Assembly (NCBI GenBank): GCA_023259055.1
Contig: JAHFQZ010000001.1
Location: forward strand, 575,931 to 607,930
Length of the DNA: 32,000 nucleotides
Direction of reading: 5' to 3'
Source: Nitrosomonadales bacterium
GTDB lineage: Bacteria; Pseudomonadota; Gammaproteobacteria; Burkholderiales; Gallionellaceae
The position numbers were made by a program, and so were the translations under genes. Of this stretch, positions 1 to 8,002 are shown piece after piece (the stretch's first letter is position 1; each line of letters starts with the position of its first letter). A model generated the notes under the pieces. The model did not search any database. It was not told where the DNA came from and saw only the letters and a list, made by a program, of their open reading frames with translations.

Positions 1-116
1 CCAAATGTATAGTCATTTTGGACTATATGAACTTTTGTAGAAAGTAGATAAAGTGCGTATTGAGTCTATGGGGTCTGGGTAGTAAACAACCAGACTTTCA
101 TACTCTCCTCCTACTT

Positions 117-144
117 CGGGCGATCACCAGATCGCCCGTTTTTT
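117..144 (+). terminator. Intrinsic-terminator-like hairpin plus T-tract (orphan, + strand)
   Basis: CGGGCGATC (117-125), loop ACCA, GATCGCCCG (130-138): perfect 9-bp stem followed by TTTTTT (139-144). The T-tract is only on the + strand, so it does not serve minus-strand argH, whose stop codon (143-145) overlaps it. Confidence 0.55.
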
Positions 145-1528
145 ATGGTTTTGCGAGACTTGCGCGAGCCCGCGCAATCGCCGCCGCAACCTGATCCGGC
201 GCGGTGCCCCCGATGTGGTTGCGGCTGGCAAGCGAACCTTCCAGCGACAAAACCTGGTACACGTCTTCGCCAATCAATGGAGAGAATTGCTGCAACTCGG
301 CGAGACTGATGTCGCCCAAGTCGCAGCCGCGCTGCTCGGCGAAGCGCACTGCCAGCGCCACCGCTTCATGCGCATCGCGGAACGGAACGCCCTTTTTCAC
401 CAGATAATCGGCCAGGTCGGTCGCGGTGGCATAGCCCTGCAACGCCGCGCTGCGCATGGCTTCCGGCTTGACCTTGATGCCGCCGATCATGTCGGCGTAG
501 ATGCGCAGCGTTTGCGTCAGCGTTTCCACCGTGTCGAACAGCGGCTCCTTGTCTTCCTGATTGTCCTTGTTATAGGCCAGCGGCTGGCCTTTCATCAGCG
601 TGAGCAGCGCGACCAGATGGCCGTTGACGCGCCCGGTCTTGCCGCGCACCAGTTCAGGCACATCGGGATTTTTTTTCTGGGGCATGATGCTTGATCCGGT
701 GCAGAAGCGGTCGGCGATGTCGATGAAGCCGAAGCGCGGGCTCATCCACAGGATCAGTTCTTCGGAAAATCGTGACAGGTGCGTCATGATCAGCGCGGCG
801 CAAGCGGTGAATTCGATGGCGAAGTCGCGGTCCGAAACCGCGTCCAGCGAGTTTTCGCATACGCCGTCAAAACCCAGCAGGTCGGCGACATACTCCCGTT
901 TGATCGGATAGCTGGTCCCAGCAAGCGCCGCCGCGCCCAGCGGTAAACGATTGACGCGCTTGCGGCAATCCAGCAAACGCTCCGCATCACGCTTGAGCAT
1001 CTCGTAATACGCCATCAGGTGATGCGCAAAGCTTACCGGCTGGGCGACCTGCAAATGTGTGAAACCGGGCATGATGGTGTTCGTATTATGTGCGGCAAGG
1101 TCAATGATGGCGGTTTGCAGCTCATGGATCAAGCCGCGCAGTTCATCTATGGAATGGCGCAGGTATAGCCGCACATCCGTTGCCACCTGATCGTTGCGCG
1201 AACGCCCGGTGTGCAAACGCTTACCGGCATCGCCGACCAGCGAGGTAAGGCGCTTCTCAATGTTGAGATGCACGTCCTCCAGATCAATCGACCATTCGAA
1301 TTCGCCGCTGATGATTTCGTTTTCGATTTGCGCCAGGCCGCGCTGAATGTCTTTCACGTCCTGCGCGGTGATAATGTTGCAGGCAGCCAGCATCTGGGCG
1401 TGAGCCAGCGAACCTTGAATATCGAACATAGCCAGCTTGTGGTCGAAGCCAACCGATGCGGTGTAGCGTTTCACCAGCTCTGCCACCGGCTCGCCAAAAC
1501 GTCCAGACCAGGTATCTTTATCTTGCAT
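143..1528 (-). CDS. argH: Argininosuccinate lyase
   Basis: 461 aa from the internal ATG at 1528 (ORF-track start 1618 trimmed). N-terminus [14 protein letters not shown] is typical of ArgH. Fumarate-lyase signature [11 protein letters not shown] present. Confidence 0.93.
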   Translation of the reverse strand: MQDKDTWSGRFGEPVAELVKRYTASVGFDHKLAMFDIQGSLAHAQMLAACNIITAQDVKDIQRGLAQIENEIISGEFEWSIDLEDVHLNIEKRLTSLVGDAGKRLHTGRSRNDQVATDVRLYLRHSIDELRGLIHELQTAIIDLAAHNTNTIMPGFTHLQVAQPVSFAHHLMAYYEMLKRDAERLLDCRKRVNRLPLGAAALAGTSYPIKREYVADLLGFDGVCENSLDAVSDRDFAIEFTACAALIMTHLSRFSEELILWMSPRFGFIDIADRFCTGSSIMPQKKNPDVPELVRGKTGRVNGHLVALLTLMKGQPLAYNKDNQEDKEPLFDTVETLTQTLRIYADMIGGIKVKPEAMRSAALQGYATATDLADYLVKKGVPFRDAHEAVALAVRFAEQRGCDLGDISLAELQQFSPLIGEDVYQVLSLEGSLASRNHIGGTAPDQVAAAIARARASLAKP

Positions 1529-1582
1529 CGCTGCCCCCACTTGTACCAGAATGAAGCATGAAAAACGGTAAAATTTCCCGCC

Positions 1583-2626
1583 ATGCATAAGTCGCGCAGT
1601 ATAAAACAAAACGATCATCCTGATGCGTTGCCCAACTTCCGCAACCTCGGCGTCACACTGCGTATTCTGTTGATCAGCAACTGCCTGGCATTATTGCAGG
1701 CGATTTTGATGGCGAGTGCGTGGAATGACGTTCCGCAACGGATGATGGAAATCGTCACGCTGCTTACGCCGATCCTTCTGTCCAGCCTGCTGGTGCTGTG
1801 GGCGGCACAGCCGTGGTTGAGCCGGCTTACCTACCACCACGGAGCGCTGGCGGTAGCCGCGTTGGTGCTGGTTCTGACGCTATCCATCCATTACATCGGC
1901 AGTGGGTTATATCAGCAGATGGGCAGCGGATATCGCTATTTCGATGCTATGCGATATGGATTAATCAGCGTGATAGAGAGTGGCATTCTGCTGCTGTATT
2001 TCCGTCTGCGCTCCCGAACACTGTCGCGCGCTCTGCACGATGCACGCTTGCAGGCACTGCGCGCCCGAATCCGTCCCCATTTTCTGTTCAACAGCATCAA
2101 CGCCGTGCTCGGCATCGTGCGCACCCAACCTAAGCAAGCCGAGGCAGTGCTGGAAGACATGGCGGACTTGTTTCGCATGGCGATGACTGAAGGGGATGAC
2201 CTCGTGCCGCTACGCCAGGAGATTCAACTGTGTAAACAGTATCTCGCTCTGGAGCAATTGCGCTTGGGCGATCGACTCCGCACCGATTGGCAGGTACAAG
2301 AGGTGCCGGACGATGCGCTGATCCCGCCGCTGTTGTTGCAACCGCTGCTGGAAAACGCCGTGTATCATGGTATTGAACCGCTGCCGCAGGGCGGCTGTGT
2401 CGACATCATACTGCGCTGCAGCGGCGATGAATTACATCTCAAGGTAAAGAATCCATGCGCATTGCGCATCGATGAACTACATCCTGGCAACAGGATTGCG
2501 TTGCGCAATATTCGTGAACGGCTGGATCTGTTATTCGACGTTGAGGCACGTTACAAGGCCGAAAGAGGCAAAGACTATTATTGTGTGGAAATCGTCATGC
2601 CCTATGTAAAGGAGAAATCGACATGA
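1583..2626 (+). CDS. algZ: LytS/AlgZ(FimS)-type membrane sensor histidine kinase
   Basis: 347 aa with N-terminal hydrophobic helices. His_kinase-type block [14 protein letters not shown] and ATPase region [16 protein letters not shown]. Divergent from argH; ATGA overlap with the downstream LytTR regulator. Symbol is based on argH-algZ-algR synteny known from Pseudomonas. Confidence 0.78.
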   Translation: MHKSRSIKQNDHPDALPNFRNLGVTLRILLISNCLALLQAILMASAWNDVPQRMMEIVTLLTPILLSSLLVLWAAQPWLSRLTYHHGALAVAALVLVLTLSIHYIGSGLYQQMGSGYRYFDAMRYGLISVIESGILLLYFRLRSRTLSRALHDARLQALRARIRPHFLFNSINAVLGIVRTQPKQAEAVLEDMADLFRMAMTEGDDLVPLRQEIQLCKQYLALEQLRLGDRLRTDWQVQEVPDDALIPPLLLQPLLENAVYHGIEPLPQGGCVDIILRCSGDELHLKVKNPCALRIDELHPGNRIALRNIRERLDLLFDVEARYKAERGKDYYCVEIVMPYVKEKST

Positions 2627-3405
2627 GCACCGTTGAATCCGCCCTGCGTGTCTTTATCGTGGACGACGAACCCCCCGCGCGCCATCGGTTGCGCGACCTG
2701 CTGAACGATTGCAACGAGCAGCTGCCGCTGGAAATCACCGGTGAAGCAAGCAACGGCCAGGATGCTTTGAACAAACTGATGGAAATACCCGCCGATGTGG
2801 TGCTGTTGGACATTCGCATGCCGCAAATGGATGGCATCGAGTTCGCACAGCATCTCAGCAAAATGCCCAAGCCTGCACTGAACCTGGCGAAATGGCCGCC
2901 GGTGATTATTTTCACCTCTGCTTACGGCGATTCAGCGATCAAGGCATTCGAGCTGCACGCGGTCGACTACCTGCTCAAACCGATACGTCTGGGACGTTTG
3001 TTCGATGCACTCACCCGCGCGCGTGAAGCCGTGCCGGTGCAAACCGAAGTACTGCGCGACCTGCTACCCGAACCGCGCAAACACCTCTCCATCCACGAAC
3101 GCGGCAAGATTCACCTGATACCCATCGAGCAGGTCCTGTTTCTGCGCGCCGAATTGAAATACATCACGGTGCGCACCGCCGGGCACGAATATCTTCTCGA
3201 GGAATCCCTCTCGGCTCTGGAAAAAGAGTTTGCCACGCGCTTTGTGCGTATCCACCGCAATTGCCTGGTTGCGAAAGAAGCGATAGAGGGCTTCGAGAAA
3301 GGCGCGGATGAAGGCGAAAGCGGATGGATGGTAAAACTGAAAGGCCTGGACGAACGGCTCGCCATCAGCCGTCGGCAGCAGCACATTGTCAAAGAAATTA
3401 CCTGA
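2623..3405 (+). CDS. algR: LytTR-family response regulator (AlgR-like)
   Basis: Start ATG 2623 overlaps the kinase stop (ATGA). Receiver domain (RVFIVDDEPPAR ... VVLLDIRMPQMDG ... DYLLKP). C-terminal LytTR-like DNA-binding region (ELKYITVRTAGHEYLLEESL ... FVRIHRNCLV). Confidence 0.85.
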   Translation: MSTVESALRVFIVDDEPPARHRLRDLLNDCNEQLPLEITGEASNGQDALNKLMEIPADVVLLDIRMPQMDGIEFAQHLSKMPKPALNLAKWPPVIIFTSAYGDSAIKAFELHAVDYLLKPIRLGRLFDALTRAREAVPVQTEVLRDLLPEPRKHLSIHERGKIHLIPIEQVLFLRAELKYITVRTAGHEYLLEESLSALEKEFATRFVRIHRNCLVAKEAIEGFEKGADEGESGWMVKLKGLDERLAISRRQQHIVKEIT

Positions 3406-3511
3406 TCTCCGAGTTGAACGTCACGGAAGCGAGAACAAATAAAACACTGTGCCTGAAATTATTATCAATGGCCGGAGCTTAATCAATCGAACCTGATTCT
3501 CGAGGTAAAAA

Positions 3512-4168
3512 ATGAAGAAAGAATTTTGGCTGGAGCGCTGGGAGCGGGAAGAGATCGGCTTTCACCAGAACGAAATCAATTCATACCTGCGCCAATACTG
3601 GAATGAATTGCACACCGCAAAAAATGCCGAGGTATTCGTGCCGCTATGCGGAAAAAGCAGCGATATGCGTTGGCTGTGCGAGCAGGGACACCGGGTGCTT
3701 GGCGTAGAACTGAGCACTATCGCGGTGCAGGCGTTCTTCAGGGAGAACAGTTACACCCCGCAACACTCTACCGCCGGAAAATTCGACCGCTACGAAGCTG
3801 ATGGCATCCGTATTCTATGCGGCGATTTTTTCGATTTGAATAAAGATGAACTGGCGAATGTTGGCGCGGTGTACGACCGCGCATCGCTGATCGCGCTACC
3901 GCCGGAAATGCGCGAACGCTATGCCCGCCACCTCGTAAGCATCCTGCCGCCCGCCACGCAAATCCTGCTCATCACATACGACTATCCCCAGCACGAAATG
4001 CCGGGGCCGCCATTTGCTGTGTCTAACGGCGAAGTGGAGGCGCTGTACAAAAGATACGCCAACGTTCGCCTGCTGGCGCAACAGGATGCGTTGCCGCAAA
4101 ACCCGCACTTTCAGAATCGCGGCCTGAGCAGGTTGCAGGAAAGCATCTTCCTGCTGAAACTGCACTAG
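3512..4168 (+). CDS. tpm: Thiopurine S-methyltransferase family protein
   Basis: 218 aa. N-terminal FWLERWEREEIGFHQNEIN and SAM-binding VFVPLCGKSSDMRWLCEQGHRVLGVELS are characteristic of the TPMT family. Confidence 0.85.
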   Translation: MKKEFWLERWEREEIGFHQNEINSYLRQYWNELHTAKNAEVFVPLCGKSSDMRWLCEQGHRVLGVELSTIAVQAFFRENSYTPQHSTAGKFDRYEADGIRILCGDFFDLNKDELANVGAVYDRASLIALPPEMRERYARHLVSILPPATQILLITYDYPQHEMPGPPFAVSNGEVEALYKRYANVRLLAQQDALPQNPHFQNRGLSRLQESIFLLKLH

Positions 4169-4242
4169 CTCTAGCAAAAATGTCGTAATGTAAGAATCAG
4201 CCAACCCCGAACTTCATTGAAAGCAGCAACACACTTATCGTC

Positions 4243-4428
4243 ATGAAAACCAGAAAACGCAAGAAGAGCCCGAACTATGTGGTCGTCCAGGAAAACGGTG
4301 TTTTTGTTGCGAAGTGCCCCGATCTTGGTTTGTCTAGTCGCGGTGCAACTGAACAAGAAGCCATAACGAATCTGGAAGAGGCGCTCGCTCTCTACTTCGA
4401 GGATTTGCCCGGGCCTGCCGACGGCTAG
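4243..4428 (+). CDS. HicB-like / UPF0150-family small protein (orphan antitoxin-like)
   Basis: 61 aa. YVVVQENGVFVAKCPDLGLSSRGATEQEAITNLEEALALYFE matches the HicB N-terminal (UPF0150) pattern. No HicA-like ORF on either side. No obvious SD. Confidence 0.55.
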   Translation: MKTRKRKKSPNYVVVQENGVFVAKCPDLGLSSRGATEQEAITNLEEALALYFEDLPGPADG

Positions 4429-4647
4429 TCAAAAAGCGCTGAAGGGCGCATTGCGGCGTTAAAATCGGACTCGGTGTGCTTATTTACCTGTATGTAAACT
4501 GCGCTTCCTCGACCGATTTTGCCTTGCACTGCATCCCTTGATCGCTTTGTGACAGGGACAAATGTGATGGACACTTGGTCTGGTCAAATTCAAAATCGAT
4601 GCTGCCCTCCTGATTACTACTTTACCCATTGCCCTTCCTGACAGCTA

Positions 4648-5553
4648 ATGTCCACACCCAATCCACGCGACCGCTGGCTACTCCCTCTCGGCCTGTTTAT
4701 TCTCTCCGTCACATGGGGATACGCATGGGTACTGTCCAAGCAGGCGCTGGCCTATGCACCACCCTTCGCTTTCGCGGCAGAGCGCAGTCTCGGCGGCGCG
4801 ATGGCCTTGATGCTGGCGCTCAAACTCATGGGCAGGCCGCTCAAGTTGATAGCGCCCGGTGCCACGCTTGTGATCGGTTTGGCGCAGGTGACGTTCTTCA
4901 TGGCGTTATCGACCTGGGCACTGGTGGAAGGCGGCCCCGGCAAAACGGCGGTATTGATCTTTACCATGCCCATCTGGACGCTGCTGCTCGCATGGCCGAT
5001 TCTTGGCGAGCGTATCCGGGGCACGCAGTGGCTGGCCGCTGCGAGCACCCTTACCGGCCTGCTGCTAATCATCGAACCGTGGAACATGCACACCAGCCTG
5101 TTCAGCAAATTCCTTGGCGTCATGGGCGCATTGTGCTGGGCCATCGGTACCGTTCTCGTCAAACGCCTGCGTTCCAGACATCAGGTTGACCTGCTCTCCC
5201 TCACCGCCTGGCAGATGTTGATCGGCGCCGTGCCGCTGGTGCTGCTCGCGGTCGTGATTCCCGAGCGCCCCACCGACTGGTCCGCGACCTACATCGGTAT
5301 ACTTGCCTTCATGTCGGTGATCAGCACAGCGCTGTGCTGGTGGCTGTGGATCATCCTGCTCGACAGAGTGCCCGCATGGGAAGCCAGTCTTTCCGTGCTC
5401 GGCACGCCGGTAGTGGCGATTGTTTCCTCGCGCCTGATGCTGGGGGAAGATTTCAAGTTCGGCGAGGTGACGGGCATACTGCTGATCGGTGCGGGGCTGG
5501 CGCTGCTGTCCTTGATCGGATGGGCTGCCAGCCGCCGTAACGCGATGAAGTGA
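4648..5553 (+). CDS. EamA/DMT-family transporter
   Basis: 301 aa, about 10 hydrophobic helices in two repeated halves, typical length and composition of the EamA (drug/metabolite transporter) family. Confidence 0.8.
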   Translation: MSTPNPRDRWLLPLGLFILSVTWGYAWVLSKQALAYAPPFAFAAERSLGGAMALMLALKLMGRPLKLIAPGATLVIGLAQVTFFMALSTWALVEGGPGKTAVLIFTMPIWTLLLAWPILGERIRGTQWLAAASTLTGLLLIIEPWNMHTSLFSKFLGVMGALCWAIGTVLVKRLRSRHQVDLLSLTAWQMLIGAVPLVLLAVVIPERPTDWSATYIGILAFMSVISTALCWWLWIILLDRVPAWEASLSVLGTPVVAIVSSRLMLGEDFKFGEVTGILLIGAGLALLSLIGWAASRRNAMK

Positions 5554-5809
5554 AGCCGCAGGTTTCCAACTCTTCCGCTTACAGGCAGGGCTGATGCCTG
5601 CCGACTGGAAGCCGATGCTGAATGTCGGCGCAGGCGCTTGTGAGATTCGCGTCCACGCCTTGGGCGAATGGCGTGTCATCTATGTAGCGAAATTCGCCGA
5701 TGCAGTCTATGTGCTGCATGCCTTCCAGAAGAAAACGCAGCAGACGCGCAAGGAGGACATCGCGCTGGCAAGCGCCCGCTACAAGCAACTCAAGGAAAGT
5801 GCGAAATGA
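5549..5809 (+). pseudogene. 5'-truncated HigB/RelE-ParE (Gp49-like) toxin remnant
   Basis: C-terminal two-thirds only: (FRLQAGL)MPADWKPMLNVGAGACEIRVHALGEWRVIYVAKFADAVYVLHAFQKKTQQTRKEDI. Homology runs upstream of the annotated ATG (5594) to within about 20 nt of the eamA stop, where the frame closes (TGA 5546-5548). The roughly 30 N-terminal residues normally present are missing. Confidence 0.7.
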
Positions 5810-6097
5810 AAAAAGAAAAATTCAAAGCCACCGATTCCTGTGGCAACGTATTTATCGACCTCGGCTTCTCGCCGGAAGAAGCCACCATCCTCGCCATGCG
5901 CTCCCAACTGATGGGCGAACTGCGCATCAAGATTCGCGACATGGGATGGACGCAAGCGAAGCCGACCAAGTGCTCGGCATTTCGCAATCGCGCGTCTCCG
6001 ACCTGATACGCGGCAAGTTCGAGAAGTTCAGCCTGGACATGCTGATTACCTTGGCGACCGTGCGGGGAAAAAAGCAGAACTCAAGCTGGCGGCGTGA
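5806..6097 (+). pseudogene. XRE/HTH antitoxin (HigA-like) with two single-nucleotide frameshifts
   Basis: ATG 5806 overlaps the toxin stop (ATGA). Frame 1 reads MKKEKFKATDSCGNVFIDLGFSPEEATILAMRSQLMGELRIKIRDMGWTQA. After a 1-nt loss near 5958 the HTH continues in another frame (EADQVLGISQSRVSDLIRGKFEKFSLDMLITLATVRGKK). A second 1-nt loss in the A6 run at 6068-6073 restores the natural end AELKLAA-stop (TGA 6095-6097). Confidence 0.7.
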
Positions 6098-6156
6098 TTC
6101 TGAAAAATATCCCGAACCCGCTCCCTTCGCCCCCAGCAAGTTCTTTTCAATCAGCA

Positions 6157-6186
6157 TTGACACTACCCGCCAAACTCAAATACAGT
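6157..6186 (+). promoter_or_regulatory. Sigma70-like promoter candidate upstream of the ORF6N array
   Basis: TTGACA (6157-6162), 18-nt spacer, TACAGT (6181-6186), about 125 nt upstream of ORF6N copy 1. Sequence match only. Confidence 0.25.
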
Positions 6187-6309
6187 TCGCCCCACTTGCA
6201 GATCTGCTAAACGCACATCGCACCGCACGCACGGCGCGAGGCTCATGGCAAATTTCCCCAGAACAGGAGCTGGCGCAAGACAAGAACCCGCACAGCGGGC
6301 GGCCAGCAC

Positions 6310-6852
6310 ATGAACCAAGGGGACGCACTGAGCATGATCACATCAGTGGCACAGATCGAATCGAGGATGTTTCTCATCCGCGGGCAGAAGGTCATGCTCA
6401 GCCAACACCTGGCCGAATTGTATGAAGTCGAGCCACGGGCGTTGAATCAAGCGGTCAAACGCAATATCGAGCGCTTCCCGAAAGACTTCATGTTTCAACT
6501 TACGGAAGAAGAGGATGCACTTCTAAGGTCACAAACTGTGATCTTAAAAACAGGGCGGGGGCAACATCGTAAATACCTGCCTTATGCCTTCACCGAACAG
6601 GGTGTCGCCATGCTTTCCAGCGTCCTGCACAGCGAACGCGCCATTCAGGTCAACATCGAGATCATGCGTGCCTTTGTGCGACTGCGGCAGATGCTCGCCA
6701 CCAATGCCGAGCTTTCCCGCAAACTCATCGCCCTTGAAAAGAAATACGACATACGTTTCAAAGCCGTCTTTGAAGCCATCCACGACCTGATGAGCCCGCC
6801 AGAAAACAAAAAGAAACGCCCCATCGGCTTTACATCGTGGGAAAAGAAATGA
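6310..6852 (+). CDS. ORF6N (KilA-N-related) domain protein, copy 1
   Basis: 180 aa. [59 protein letters not shown] and [10 protein letters not shown] match the ORF6N family pattern. Start could also be ATG 6334. Confidence 0.8.
   Translation: MNQGDALSMITSVAQIESRMFLIRGQKVMLSQHLAELYEVEPRALNQAVKRNIERFPKDFMFQLTEEEDALLRSQTVILKTGRGQHRKYLPYAFTEQGVAMLSSVLHSERAIQVNIEIMRAFVRLRQMLATNAELSRKLIALEKKYDIRFKAVFEAIHDLMSPPENKKKRPIGFTSWEKK
6524..6546. repeat. Coding-embedded inverted repeat, ORF6N copy 1
   Basis: TAAGGTCACA / AAC / TGTGATCTTA: 10-bp arms with one G:T (G.U in RNA) position. Encodes LRSQTVILK. Confidence 0.8.
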
Positions 6853-7211
6853 CACAGCCCGCCGCCAACCCGCTCTCCGCCAGCGAACCTTGGAGCCTCG
6901 TCGCCGACGGCTGCGCCGAATTCTGGGACAACGTGGTCAAGGGCATCCGCCCCGACAGCACACGCACAGCCCGTCGAACCACATTCGAACACCACATGCG
7001 AAGAACTATGGCGCGAGAAAGAACAGCTTGCGCCAGCTTGGCTGAACTTTATGGCGTACCGACCAAGCGTTTCAATGAACAAGTCAGGAGCAATCTGGAA
7101 TGGCTCCCGGAGGAATTTATGTTTCATCTTACCAATCAGGATCTTAACGTCTTGAGGTCACAATTTGTGACCTCAAGTTCGGATGCTTGGTTAGGGGTGG
7201 GGGTTAAATGA
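6849..7211 (+). pseudogene. Chimeric remnant: methyltransferase-like N-terminal fragment fused to an ORF6N core fragment (copy 2)
   Basis: ATG 6849 overlaps the copy 1 stop (ATGA). The first ~60 aa ([26 protein letters not shown]...) resemble the extreme N-terminus of class I methyltransferases (by recollection only). From ~7035, SLAELYGVPTKRFNEQVRSNLEWLPEEFMFHLTNQDLNVLRSQFVTSS is ORF6N. It lacks both the N-terminal IRGQKV block and everything after the palindrome. Confidence 0.6.
7151..7177. repeat. Coding-embedded perfect palindrome, ORF6N copy 2
   Basis: CTTGAGGTCACAA-T-TTGTGACCTCAAG: 13-bp perfect arms. Encodes LRSQFVTSS. ORF6N homology ends immediately 3' of it. Confidence 0.9.
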
Positions 7212-7275
7212 CAATCACAAGAAAACGTGATCTGCCGCCGATTGCCCATAGCTTGCCGGCCCCGGTTTATTTCAA

Positions 7276-7854
7276 ATGAGCGCATCCACTCTGCTTCCGC
7301 TCGAATCCATTACGCACCGCATCCTGATGCTGCGCGGACAAAAGGTTTTGCTGGATAGTGATTTGGCGGCGCTCTACGACGTGCCAACCAAGCGGTTCAA
7401 CGAGCAGGTCAAACGTAACCTGGAGCGATTTCCAGCAGACTTCATGTTCCAGTTAACCGAGGAAGAATGGGAATCTTTAAGGTCGCAAATTGCGACCTTA
7501 AAGCCCGGTCGCGGCCAACACCGGAAATATATGCCTTATGCCTTTACCGAGCACGGAGCAATCATGGCAGCAACGATCCTGAACAGCCCAAGGGCGACCG
7601 AGGTGTCGGTCTACGTGGTGCGCGCCTTCGTGCGCCTGCGCGAAGTGCTGGCATCGAATGCGGAATTGGCAAAGCGTCTGGATGATCTGGAGCGGACAAC
7701 CGAAGCACTGGCGATGCAGCACGACTCCTTTGCACGCAATACGCGCGCTCAACTCAAGCAGGTGTTCGATGCCATCCGGGAGTTGATGACACCGCCCGAG
7801 CCAACGAAGAAACGGCCTATCGGGTTTATCAGCGGCGAGGAGAAACCGAAGTAG
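7276..7854 (+). CDS. ORF6N (KilA-N-related) domain protein, copy 3
   Basis: 192 aa. [61 protein letters not shown]-terminal coiled-coil-like tail ending KKRPIGF, as in copy 1. Confidence 0.8.
   Translation: MSASTLLPLESITHRILMLRGQKVLLDSDLAALYDVPTKRFNEQVKRNLERFPADFMFQLTEEEWESLRSQIATLKPGRGQHRKYMPYAFTEHGAIMAATILNSPRATEVSVYVVRAFVRLREVLASNAELAKRLDDLERTTEALAMQHDSFARNTRAQLKQVFDAIRELMTPPEPTKKRPIGFISGEEKPK
7475..7503. repeat. Coding-embedded perfect palindrome, ORF6N copy 3
   Basis: CTTTAAGGTCGCAA-A-TTGCGACCTTAAAG: 14-bp perfect arms. Encodes LRSQIATLK. Differs from copy 2 by two paired (compensatory) substitutions. Confidence 0.9.
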
Positions 7855-8002
7855 AGACGGTTAAAAACCAATTTACGGGGGCGGCATTACGATAGCTATG
7901 GAGACTGCAAAAATGAAAAACAAAACCGAACCTGACCCTTCATGGCTAAAAAAATGAATAATCTGATTTAGCTAAATTGTTTTACACCAAAGGAATAGCA
8001 AA

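Noticed and set aside
5700-6425. 241-aa + strand ORF spanning the antitoxin remnant and the ORF6N upstream region
   Set aside because: Only its middle (GISQSRVSDLIRGKFEKFSLDMLITLA) is meaningful, and that belongs to the frameshifted HigA-like gene. The rest is Arg/Ser-rich read-through with no coding signal.
7912-7933. Imperfect direct repeat flanking the PARIS-like cassette: AATGAAAAACAAAACCGAACCT (7912-7933) versus AATGAAAATCGACTCCGTACCT (10364-10385), 16/22 identical
   Set aside because: Half of the identity is an A-rich run in AT-rich DNA, there is no extension of similarity outside, and it is too weak to call att sites or target-site duplications without statistics or comparative data.
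7898-7957. 19-codon mini-ORF (METAKMKNKTEPDPSWLKK) upstream of the ATPase as a possible leader peptide
   Set aside because: No SD, no conservation evidence available, and it lies in AT-rich DNA where short ORFs arise by chance.
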